NCBI RefSeq assembly: GCF_006345805.1
Contig: NC_042998.1
Span: 84,940,001 to 85,004,000, forward strand
Direction of reading: 5' to 3'
DNA from: Octopus sinensis
Taxonomy: Eukaryota
Length of the DNA: 64,000 nt
Part shown: one piece after another, positions 40,509 to 51,462 of the stretch
How positions within the stretch are numbered: position 1 is the stretch's first letter
Layout of the letters: every line of letters starts with the position of its first letter
Translations under genes and position numbers: made by a program
The notes under the pieces: model-generated
Told to the model about the DNA's origin: nothing
What the model saw: only the letters and a program-made list of their open reading frames with translations
The model's database searches: none

Positions 40509-40870
40509 AATCAAAATAAGCGACAAGGATATCCAAAGGTAATGCAGTACGATCCTTTCATGCAACTCCATTTAATTGAACAATGCAATCATTACATCAA
40601 TTTAAAATGTAGAGCAATCTTCAGCTGCACAAAGACATAGAATTTAATTAGATTACAACAGATGGACACATTAGTATAATTATACCTAAAATCTCCAGGA
40701 AGTTAAGGAGATAAACAAAGAACATGTATCTACAACAGTATGGTCGTAACCTCTGGATATCCTTGTTGCTTATTTTGATTTTAATCACCTTATTTTGAAA
40801 TTGTATGGATAATACCGTACTAAATTCTGGTGCCTCAACTTAAGTACCATATTCATCTGAATCTAAATTT
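40509..40870. mobile_element. pLTR-like element with short inverted ends and a degenerate long-stem-II hammerhead on the minus strand; related copy at 51255..51420
   Basis: AATCAAAATAAGCGACAAGGATATCC is mirrored at 40755..40780; minus strand reads TGCAG-CTGAAGA...GAAAGGATC-GTACTGCA. Confidence 0.55.
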
Positions 40871-40874
40871 TTGC

Positions 40875-40909
<35 letters not shown>

Positions 40910-41885
40910 GCGATCCATCGGTATTGGTATACAGAATGTTGGTATGAGGAGACGTCATTCATCCTCGTTTTCAGCCTAGCCTCTTCATCCATCTCATGAG
41001 GGAAGGTTTTGTGGGTGAATGATGTCGTCTACTAATACCGAAGGATCGCCCCCCTTCCCACACACACACTTCCCTTTATATTCCTCTACCTCTTACTCTC
41101 CTTCTCTGTTGTCGTTTGCTTTCTATCCATTTTTTACAGTTTCTAGCGTCGATTCTGTCTCCTCCTCTCTCCCCCTCTCTCCTCTCTGTCATCTTCCCTT
41201 CTCTCTCTCTCTCTCTTTCTCTCTCGCTTCTCTGTTTTTATGTCTACCGGTTACTTTACTGCAGTCTGTCCTTTTACTTTCTTTTTCTTTACTCTCTCTC
41301 TTTCCTCGGTCTCTATCTCCCCCCGCCACCAAGCTCTGTTTCTATTATTCGCAATGTAAAATGAAATATCTTCATAACTATAATTAAGTAATAATTAATT
41401 GGTTCAAGTATTTCTCAGACATTTCTTGATTTGAAAATTTAGAATTACAGCTTTAAGGCAATTTTTATTTCGTTCTAATTTGTACCCAATGAATTCCTGA
41501 AGTCTTGTCGAAATGAACGTGACCTATAAATATTTCAATTAACAGATCTCATGCTAAAACGCATGGAAGGAGAATATGAAAACTGAGATACTCACGACTT
41601 AAAGGCATTCTACGGCATATTTGAACTAGAATGGCTTCAGTCAGAAACCCGTGTTTATGTCTTTTTTTCTTTTTTTTTGGTGCTTTCGCATCGGTCATTC
41701 ATAAGAGAAAGGTCAATACTCACGAACTTTTTCAGAACCTCCGTAACTGGGATGAGTAAAAGGGATGAATTTATCCTTAGACTGGACTCTTCACCAGAAT
41801 GTACACTCAGCTAAAGTCATCCATGGATGTTATGAACTCTTGAATAATTCCCGAAATAATTTCTTAAAATACGTTTCTTTATATG

Positions 41886-42048
41886 CACAGTCATGGCTGT
41901 GTGGTAAGAAGTTTGCTTCCCAACTACAAGATTTCGGGTTGAATTCCACTGCGTGGCACCTTGGGCAATGTCTTCTACTATAGCCCCAAGCCGATCAAAA
42001 CCTTGTGAGTGTATTTGGTGTGTGGAAACTGAAAGAAGCCCGTCGTAT
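41886..42048 (+). mobile_element. SINE family A 5' half
   Basis: TGGCTGTGTGGTAAG...GAAAGAAGCCCGTCGTAT. Confidence 0.8.
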
Positions 42049-42212
42049 GTGTGTGTTTGTGTTTGTGTGTATGTACGTGTGTGTGTGTGTGTATGTGCGT
42101 GTGTGTGCGTGTGTGCGTGTGTGTGCGCCAGGTGTATTCAGCAGCACAAAATTCAGTTATTTAAACGAACAATTGAATCCTAATTTGCATGTGTTTGTAC
42201 ATATATATATAT

Positions 42213-42246
<34 letters not shown>

Positions 42247-42420
42247 TTTTCCGATGGCCGGATAACTGAAGAGATGGCGGCGTGGATTTCCACCCCGACA
42301 TCTGAAACTCGGAGTTTTATCATGGTTGCCGAATATTGCCACATTACATTTACAAATAAATTCCTCTAATTACATAATATTGAGATCTCTTTCATTCTTT
42401 TATTGTCACTATTTCTATCA

Positions 42421-42467
<47 letters not shown>

Positions 42468-42471
42468 AAGA

Positions 42472-42798
42472 CGCATCGCTCAGTGCTTAGAGCGTCGAGC
42501 TTACGATCGTAAGGTTGTGAGCTCGAATCTCGAACCGGGCTGTGTTCTTGAGCAAGGCGCTTTATTTCATGTTGCTCCAGTTAACTCAACTGTAGAAATG
42601 ATTTGCGACGTCACAGACGCCAAGCTGTATCGGCCTTTGCCTTTCCCTTGGATAACATCGGTGGCGTGGATAAGGGAGGCCGGTATGCATGGGCGACTGC
42701 TGGTCTTCCATAAACAACCTTACCCGTACTTGTGCCTGGGAGGGTTATTTTCTAGATGCAATCCCATAGTCAGTCATGACTCAAGGGGGTCTGATATA
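42472..42798 (+). mobile_element. SINE family C copy
   Basis: Reverse-complement similarity to 4838..5168. Confidence 0.85.
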
Positions 42799-43171
42799 TG
42801 TATATGTATGTATTTAGTTAAGGAAAGAGGGACGGAATATGGAAGATACGAGAATCTTTATTGATCATTACAATTGTTTCGACCCATCTAGCATCGATCC
42901 TTCGCGGGTGTGATTCTGAACATCTGGTTTAGGTGTATTCCTCGGTGTAGATGTGTCTCCTCAGATGATCTCAATAGGTGTCTCGCTAAAATGAACTCTG
43001 TTTCCTAAGATTTGTTCTTTGTCTTCGTATACAGAATTGGCAAATTAAGGTATAGAGTTTTATTCTTATAGAAGATCCATAACAGCTATCAAATACAAAA
43101 AGTAACAATACACAATACAGCGATGAAAAGTATTAGATATAACTAATGATAATAATAATAATAATAATAAT

Positions 43172-43208
<37 letters not shown>

Positions 43209-44469
43209 GGGTTTGTGACAACGCAGAGGCCCAACGTACATACAGTGGAAATGACTGAAATATTTCTTTATAATTTCAAACAAGTCTGGGTACTTAATTC
43301 CACATCATGCTTTAGTCGCCCTCGTTATAAGGTATAAATGCTATCACCACATTTTCTAAGAGTGCAACCTAAGATTGAACAATATGCTATCGAGAAAGAG
43401 ATTTATATAACTTCCTTTTAACGCCTGCCTTGAAATCAGATTTAAGTATTGACTTTATAATGGTAGCCATGAAGAGACTTACCTAAACTTATGACGTTTT
43501 GTCAGATTGAAGAAAAACAGGTATGGCATTTATCTTTTGGATAGGAGCCAAAACAGTCGACATCTCTTAGAATGTGTGCCCTATCGCATAATAAACCTAT
43601 CTGTTTAAATTATGTTCATTCTACTTTAAGTTAAATTTAGTTGAACCCTGTAGTAAAGTTATCGCAACAAAGCAGACTGATGTACTCAAAGTTCACTTCG
43701 TTATCCGTGACTAAGATAGATGAAAATAAAATAAATAAATACGTAAAAAGTCGCTATGCTTAGCGTTCACACGCATACACACATGGTTGAAACATTTCAT
43801 CTGGTGTTTGCGAAAATGCTTCAATATTTAGTAAAAATGTAGAGATGTAGGAGAAAAAGTAATCATTCAACAAGTAGCGCTGCAAATGCTGTTTCTAACT
43901 GTAGTGGAAAGCAATTTCACTTCTGTTGCGCTGCTTATGCCTTTGAGACGAGAATGAACATCACAGCTCTTTATTCTTTTTTACACTACTGCACTATAAT
44001 GCAAAGGTTTTTTTTTTTATGTCGGTGTGTAAAGTAATAGAAAATAATCTTACTGTTTACTATTACTTTAGAACCTCGGTCTGATTTTTAACCCTTGCAA
44101 TTAACTTATATCCAGCTTCGTTGGTGTAATGTCGATATATAACACCGCTGGGAACTGCATTATGAAGATTAGAGAACCATGTGTAAAACGTTCTAGAAGC
44201 CTTCGGTGAATTCTATCAAGTTGAATAACAGTGCAGAAAGGTAAAGCTTGTTCCCTCTGTCGCTGTTCCCCTTACTCCACGAATTACAATTAGATTGCTC
44301 TTTTGTAGACTGAATGTAATTCTTATTCTCATATAGTTCAGAACATCAGACTATCTTTCACGTCGTTTCTCAGCAGTTAGGAGAGCAAACCTCTTGTGGT
44401 GCTATTTAGAAGCTCCCATTCCACCTGATGTGGACATGACTATAAGAAGGAATGAACCCTTTACTATTT

Positions 44470-45620
44470 TCTTTTTCTCCCGTTCAAGTGCTTGACAAAC
44501 CCGAAACAAACTCTTGTTTATTTTTGTAGGTGCATAACCTTGTTATCTAGGAATGTTTTCTCAAGGGGTTCCCAAACACCAGTTCGAGACACGTCTAACC
44601 GTACTTTTTCATTAGTATTGCCGTTTTCCACCAGGTTTGCATCTAATGGGGGGAGTTCGGGTTCCACCTTCACATCACTACATACCTCTCACGCCAATTC
44701 TGCTTCCAAATCCCAGACTAAGTTGTGTCTCATGGACACAAGTACCCACATTTTGCACGAGAAGGCATGGTCAATGTCGTTTTTAGATCCTCACTGGCGG
44801 CAGCTTCATGTGTTTGGGATTTTCTTTTCATATCTCAAATAAATGTTATCTCTAAACCCTTGTTTGTTAAGAGTGTACCCTAAGGCTTTAATGGTTAAAA
44901 CAGTTGACTATAAACCAGAACCTTTTTCAGAGGCTAGTTCTAGGTTTCACTTTCATAATTCAATCTACTCATCACATCAGAACATTCTTTTTGTAATATT
45001 CTCTCTTTCATGACATTTACCACTTTGGTCTTGATATCACCGTGCCCATTATCGTAATTGGAAATGTCTTTTTCTTGGTTGAGGATAATGATAGTCTGAC
45101 TTGTTGTTATTTCTTTTGATACAAGATATTCATGATCTGACCATGTCACAGGGTTGGTCAGCCCAATCCACCTAAGTCCTATTCTCCTTTCAATTTCAGA
45201 TACCCTTCGTCCAAGTAGAGCAAGAATGAACTTCTCCTTAATAACACTTTCTAACGGTTGAAATAAATGTCCTATGTTAGGAACAGTCCGCTGTATGAAA
45301 TCCAGCGGTGAGATATTGCCTTTGTGAATAATTAAAAGGCAGCTTCTGCAATTGATGCTAATTGATGCTTTTTCAATTGCTGCTAATTCTTCAACATCTC
45401 GGATCCATCTCTTCACTTTCTTGACAACATACTCCTTCCAAAACTGATCATTACCAATAACAACGCCCCTGAGACGTTCTCCACCAGTTTTATTTTCACA
45501 TGTGTGCCAGTAAACATGTCATTTGCCTTTGGTTCAATTCCATCTTTTACAATAAGAAAAAGCACTTCATTTCTTATCTCTAGCCTAACGACATTAAACG
45601 TTAGTCATGCGTTTCTCCGT
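44470..45620 (-). pseudogene. CRE-clade-like non-LTR retrotransposon fragment (post-RT, zinc knuckle, REL)
   Basis: GERLRGVVIGNDQFWKEYV..KVKRW; QRTVPNIGHLFQPLE..KFILAL..GLTNP; DIDHAFSCKMW..SMRHN..DLEAELA*EVCSDVKVEPEL; RLDV. Confidence 0.75.
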
Positions 45621-45792
45621 TGAAGATTAATATCACTCCACGTACAAAGGAAAAGCAAGAACAAATCACAGGCTCATACTAATGAATAAATTTTAATACG
45701 AAGGAAAAAAGATGAGCACAATAAATATATTATTGCTCTAACGTTTAAACTGTGCTTCTTTTTCGGATATATGATCCACTGATGTTATATAT

Positions 45793-46172
45793 ATACTAGC
45801 AGTATCGCCCAGCATTGCTCGGGTTTGTTTCGACCCGCTGGAATTGGAATTTTTGAAAAGTAAAAATTTTGCATTATGTAGCTTTTTATTCTCTTCTTGT
45901 TGAAATACACCGAAAAGTGGCGACACAGCAGTGAAAAAATCGTAAAAAATAGGGATTTTCAGAGAAAAAAGCACCTTTTTGATGTAAATAATTTTTGGTG
46001 TTAACATGGTCCGATTTGAATTTTATCTTCTACGGAAGGAAGAGCAACCGTTCTTCTATCATACTCTCAATTTTGGTCAACTTGCGCCGCAGGGTCTCGG
46101 AGGAGATAGTGTTAGTTGAAGGCTACCAAACCTGCCGCACACAGACAACTTCAGCTTTATATAGAGAGAGAT
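45793..46172 (+). mobile_element. Helentron/DINE-like non-autonomous element
   Basis: Starts ACTAGCAGTATCGCCCAGCATTGCTCGGG and ends CAGACAACTTCAGCTTTATATAGAG..AT, the terminal pattern typical of HINE/DINE-1-like elements. Confidence 0.6.
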
Positions 46173-46296
46173 AACACACACACATTAATACACATACACA
46201 CACACACACATGTATGTATGGATGGATGTATGTATGTATATATGTACATCTGTCCACTTCTTGCCATATTTTTATCCTTCACTTCCTACACACACA

Positions 46297-46349
<53 letters not shown>

Positions 46350-46830
46350 GCACACACACATACACACACACACCTTCTTAGCTTACAATTTCTTTCTTTC
46401 AACAATTGACATACGCTCGCCAATGAATACTACCAAAAGTTAGCGACAGATCTCTGTTTCCTTTTTTTTTTTTGAGGATTGGTTTAAGCATTAATAAGAG
46501 AAAGTATCAGAATGTGTGATGTTGATTAAGAGTTGCAGAAAGAGGATATGATAGTGGTATACACTTGCAAAGAGAAAGTAGGAGAAAGTGTGGTAATAGC
46601 AGGAGTAAAGCATTTGAAATGAGAGAGGCAAATCGTAAAATATTGAGTTTTCTGGAATTTTTGATTAATTGGGGGTGAAATTGAAAAAAATGTATATGCC
46701 ATGACCCAATCGAATCTACTTCGAAAAAAATCATAGGTAAATTCCAATTAAAGAAATTCTATATTGTACAATTGTATTAAAAACAAACTATGTCAGAGGC
46801 AGAGAAAATCTGCCTTTTATCATAAGATAT

Positions 46831-46868
<38 letters not shown>

Positions 46869-46918
46869 AAGAGAGAGAGACCATAGTGTACGTACGCCGC
46901 TATATTTTATAGATAAGA

Positions 46919-47211
46919 AATACAAAAATGTGACAAGAACGCAAAACATCCAGACAGATGAAACAAACAAAAAAAGGAAAACAAAATATCCAGACAGACG
47001 ATACAAGGAAAACAAGGACGGATAATTCGAAGTTTTCTATCTTCAGTCGAGTTCTAGATTACCTTTGCAATTTCGGCTGAGGATAGAAAACTTCGAATGA
47101 TCCGTCCTTGTTTTCCTTCTATCGTCTGTCTGGATATTTTGCTTCCCTTTTTTGTGTGTGTGTTTCATCTAACTGTCTGGATGTTTTGCGTTCTTGTCAC
47201 ATTTTTGTATT
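46919..47211. repeat. ~290-bp palindrome of two inverted pLTR-like arms with central CUGA(A/G)GA boxes
   Basis: Arms of ~130 bp are reverse complements; CTGAAGA on the minus strand (47040..47046) and CTGAGGA on the plus strand (47077..47083). Confidence 0.75.
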
Positions 47212-47539
47212 ATATATATATATATATACATACACATATATACAGGATGGTCAATATTGGAGCATATTTCATCAACGCCTCCTTCAATCAGGCGAGCATG
47301 AGGCTAAAAGCAACACGCATTTAGTCTATGCGTTTCACTGTTATGTAACCAGATTAAACCCAACTCATTGTGTGTGTATGTGCGTGTGGACGTGTGTGCG
47401 CGTGTGTGTGCATATGTGTGTGTTTAAGGTTAGAGGAAAATCAATGCTAAATTAATCTAGATTAATCGGTTTTAACCCAGAATCTAGTCATTAGTTGTTG
47501 CGGTGGATTTCAGCAATGTCAATGACAACAGTGATAACA

Positions 47540-47541
47540 AG

Positions 47542-47607
<66 letters not shown>

Positions 47608-47892
47608 ACAATAATAATAATAATAAATAATAATAATAATTATAATAATAATAATAATAGTAATAATAATAATAATAGTCCTTTCTACGATAAGCACAAG
47701 GCCTGAAATTTTAGGGGAGGAGAGCTAATCGATTATATTTACCCGGGTGTTCAACCGACTGGTACTTATTCCATCGACCCCCCCCCCCCAAAGGACGCAA
47801 GGTAAAATCAACCTCGGCGGAATTTGAACTCAGAACATAAAGCCAGACGAAATGATGCTAAGCATTTTGTCCGGTGTGCTAACAAACCAGCC
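47540..47892 (-). mobile_element. SINE family B copy (47679..47892) next to (CTA)n/(TAA)n
   Basis: Similarity to 681..889. Confidence 0.8.
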
Positions 47893-48115
47893 TAGGACTA
47901 TTCCGAAAGATCGTGAACCTTTCTCCCTCCTCTGACTAATTAAAATAAATTGCAGCTTCTTCATCTCCTTTATTTTTGCAGGATTTTTTCCCTTACTAAT
48001 CCGGGATTCATTTATCCGACAGATTCAATGTTTCGAGGCGGTGATTTGACGCTAGCTGTTGTTAATTTACAAGACAACCTCTTGTCTAACTGTTGCGCCC
48101 CATATTGTTAAGAGA

Positions 48116-48368
48116 GAGTGCTTCTCAACCAGTTTTTGCCTGTCGACCTCTTTGATTCCTATTTCCCTGCGGAGTCCCATAGCCATTTGAAGTTTAAAAA
48201 AAAAAACATTATATTTTCATAATTAAATATTATTCAGAACTGTATTTAAAAAATTGTTAAAATAATTTGTTTTGTAGAAGTATAACCGATTTATTGCACG
48301 TAAATTTTAACAACTAAATCATATGCGGACCCCCAAGGGTCATGTGGTCTCTAGTTGAGAGCCACTTG
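48116..48368. mobile_element. hAT (Charlie-like) MITE
   Basis: Ends GAGTGCTTCTCAACC / AGTTGAGAGCCACTTG resemble CAGTGSTTCTCAACC TIRs; TSD degraded. Confidence 0.5.
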
Positions 48369-48944
48369 TTTAGAGCGATCACAACTGACATACAGTGGTT
48401 GATGCTACCAATAGAGGTACTATTTATCCTGATATACCCTGAAGTATATCTCCTAAGTGACATTCTAGTAGTGAAAATGGTGCTGAATGAAAAACATAAA
48501 CATGGCTTTTACTGTTACCTAGTGTCGTGAATCTAGTTCATCTCTAAGCTGGAACTAGGTTTATGCCTACAAAACTTGTGTCAAAATTTGAACTATAGTG
48601 CAGTATTTCACTTTTTTTTTTTAACTTCATTGATTTGGAAAATCGGTTACTCCAACATCTGTCTGGTTCTAAGCTTGCCAGATTAGGGACGTTCAACCTA
48701 TATTTCTAAATTAGAAATGATCAGTTCAGTTAACCATAATGAGATAAAGTAGGCAGATTAGTGTGTCTCTGTCTAAATCCGAGAATATCAACATAGCTTA
48801 CGCCAATTCTCGATATCCGGTTGAAGATGTAGGCTAGTGATGAAAAAAATGCACAAGAGTGTCACCCATTTAAGCTTTCTTTAGTTCTCTCTCCACCAGT
48901 CATTCTGTACCTTTGTGGATATGGGAATATCTGGCAAGACGGAA

Positions 48945-49220
48945 AGGGTAGCGAGATTATAGAATCGTTAGAGCTTCGGATAAAATACTCCGCGGTATTG
49001 TTAATTCTCTATGTTCTGAATTGGAATCCTGCCAAGGTTAACTTCGCCATTTATTTTTCGAGGTCGATAAAATAATCTACCAGACAAGTGGAGTCAATTT
49101 AATCGAATTCCTCCCCTCAAAACTGCTGGCCTTGTCGCAAAATTTGAAGCCATATTGTGACAAGCTGGCAGAATGGCTAGAGCATCGGACAAAATGCTTT
49201 GCAGTGTCTCCTTCCGACAA
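48945..49220 (+). mobile_element. Degraded SINE family B copy plus a second head
   Basis: GGTAGCGAGATTATAGAATCGTTAG... and GCAAGCTGGCAGAATGGCTAGAGC-like heads. Confidence 0.65.
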
Positions 49221-49223
49221 TTT

Positions 49224-50110
49224 ACGAGGTTGTATCAAAAAGTCCCAGGACTGGTTATGTTTAATAAAAAATAACCTAAGTTTAAAAATAACGATAAGTT
49301 TTGTAATCTTCTTCGAAATAATCACCTTGCGCAGCAATACACCGGTCCCAGCGTTCCTGCCGCTTTTGGAATACGGCCTGAAAGTTGTTTTCCGTAAGCG
49401 AGTCGAGAACCTTCAGCGATTCGCTCTTTATCTCGACAACAGTATTAAAATGGTGACCTTTAAGCTGCATTTTCGTCTTGGGGGAAGAGATGGAAATCCA
49501 CAGGTGCGAAATCTGGAGAATCGAACGGGTGCGGAAGCGATACCATGCTCTTTTTGGCGAGATACTCACGAGTGAAGAGAGTACGGTGACAGGGTGCATT
49601 GTCGTCTTGAAGAGTCCAATTCTTTGCGCTCCACTGATCCGTTTCGCTTTCGTCGAATGTCCTCCCCCAAACGCTTCAAAACTTTACAGTAGAACACTTG
49701 ATTGATGGTCTGGCCCTAGGTGACGATTTCTCAATGCACGATATCACATTTCTGGGGTGACACTTATAGCAGGTCTTCCAGCTCGCTCATCGTCTTCCAG
49801 GGATGTTCTTCCCCTTTTGCAGCGCCCGTGCCACTCGAAACATTGCGTACGACCCATTGCCTCGTCGCTGTAAGCTTGCCAAAGTTTACTCAGTGTCTCT
49901 GTAGCAAACTTACCAAATTTAACGCAAAATTTCACGTTGGCTCTTTGTTCCTGTTGATGACAAAATCGCAGACTGCAGCATACATATGATTACAAAAACA
50001 CAAATTTCACAACTTGCGAAGTAAACACAGCGATGTCATTCGGCACACTGCCTCATGAAGGTCACTGCTAGCTCTCACTGTGCACGCAACTGTGTGCTGC
50101 CATTTGTTTG
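49224..50110 (-). mobile_element. Internally deleted mariner transposon
   Basis: HTH region KFCVKFGKFATET..FEWHGRCKRGRTSLEDDERAGRP; LQDDNAPCH; HPFDSPDFAPVDFHLFP; WDRCIAAQGDYFE; TIR TACGAGGTTGTATCAAAAAGT at 49223. Confidence 0.88.
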
Positions 50111-50378
50111 ATATTAAATGCTGCCAAAGTCAACTTTGACTGTCATCCTTCCGGGTCGGATAAACTAAAGTACCACCCAAAAATTGCTGGCCTTCTGCCA
50201 AAATTTAAAACTTTTGAACTTTTTTTTTATTTTCTCCATTCCCGTAAAAGTTTACATTCAGGAGTCAACGCTGGTGTGCGACACATTGTCGAAGGTTTAC
50301 TAATATAATTATTTATTTATTACGGAAATGTACTTGTCTAGCAAGTAACCTGATCTGAGATCGTGTGCTGAAACAAAA

Positions 50379-50637
50379 ACAATTGCAACGTGGAAGGTGT
50401 TTATAAGCCATTTAAAAACACACAAAGACCGTTAGATTCACTTCAACAATTAGACTTAATTTGTCAGAATATTTTCGTCACTTTGAGACCGCGACTTGTT
50501 CACTGACAAATAATGAACAGGGCGCAGTCTCAAAGCGACGAAAGTATTTTGACAAATTAAATTTAAATGTTGAAGTGAATCTAATAGTTTTTGTGTGTTT
50601 TTAAATGGCTTATAAACACCTTCCACGCTGAAATTGT
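50379..50637. repeat. Palindromic element of two inverted pLTR-like arms (~125 bp each)
   Basis: ACGTGGAAGGTGTTTATAAGCCATTTAAAAACACAC...TTGTTCA is mirrored by TGAACAGG...GTGTGTTTTTAAATGGCTTATAAACACCTTCCACG. Confidence 0.85.
50460..50510 (-). ncRNA. Predicted minimal type-I hammerhead ribozyme with G3-C8 variant core
   Basis: TTTGTCA-GTGAACA-A-GTCGC-GGTCTCAAA-GTGAC-GAA-AATATT-C-TGACAAA: 7-bp stem I, 5-bp stem II, palindromic stem III AATATT, UUC cleavage triplet. Confidence 0.65.
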
Positions 50638-51036
50638 ATTTATTTATTATATTTCTATATTATTTACACGAAGCGATTAAAAAAAAAACTCTACCAAGAC
50701 AATACCAGTGTTCGAATTAAATTTTGAATGAACCGGGAGTGCAAAGAACTTACACCTGAGATGTATTCCAGAAGAGAAAATCACAACAAAACAAATATAA
50801 CCTGTAGAATCACAACTGAAGAACATAATTTTAAAAAGAAAGCTGTTTTTTTTTCTTTATTTTTTTAACCTAGCATGGGTTAGACGAAACTACGTACCAG
50901 ATACATGTGTGTAGGTGCGCGCGCGTGTTTTATGTTTATTCATGATAAAAGCAATTTTACATTAATCTAATGGGTTAGTCTGTAGTATTTGTATTCGGCA
51001 AAAGTATAGTCTATATGTTTGTTGAGTATAAATTCA

Positions 51037-51170
51037 TTATTCTTATACAAGAATATTATTGACAGTGACTTCGAAATTTCGGCCAGTTAAGCCATCGTCG
51101 GACTATCAACGATGACTTAAGTGACCTAAACTGCGAAGTCACTGTCAATAATATTCTTGTTTAAGAATAA
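51037..51170. repeat. Short palindrome of two inverted hammerhead-bearing arms
   Basis: TTATTCTTATACAAGAATATTATTGACAGTGACTTCG / CGAAGTCACTGTCAATAATATTCTTGTTTAAGAATAA. Confidence 0.8.
51059..51109 (-). ncRNA. Predicted minimal hammerhead ribozyme (U4C and one stem III change)
   Basis: TTGATAGT-CCGACGA-T-GGC-TTAACTG-GCC-GAA-ATTTCGAAGT-C-ACTGTCAA: 8-bp stem I, GUC triplet. Confidence 0.6.
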
Positions 51171-51428
51171 TATATGTGTGTGTGTGTGAAAGGGGGAGAG
51201 AGAGTGTGTGTGTGTGTGTGTGTGATTTTTTTGCTTACGAGAAGTAACTATCTTGTTACATATATAATCAAAATAAGTAACAGGATATCAAGTAGTGATG
51301 CAGTACGACCGTTTCAAGCGACTCCATTTAATTGAACAATTATATTCACGTTACTTCGGGTTGTGCGGATAATACCGGACTGACTTGGTGCTTCAACTTA
51401 AGTACCTAATTCAACCGAATTTCAATTG

Positions 51429-51460
<32 letters not shown>

Positions 51461-51462
<2 letters not shown>

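Noticed and set aside
41480-41870. Possible piggyBac transposase remnant (DLKAFYGI, NLRNWD)
   Set aside because: Only two weak motifs, no catalytic residues and no TTAA/TIR seen
42865-42915. Minus-strand GGTC-GAA-ACAATTGT-A with stem II GATC/GGTC (similar remnant near 54300)
   Set aside because: No recognisable CUGANGA box; treated as an eroded pLTR at most
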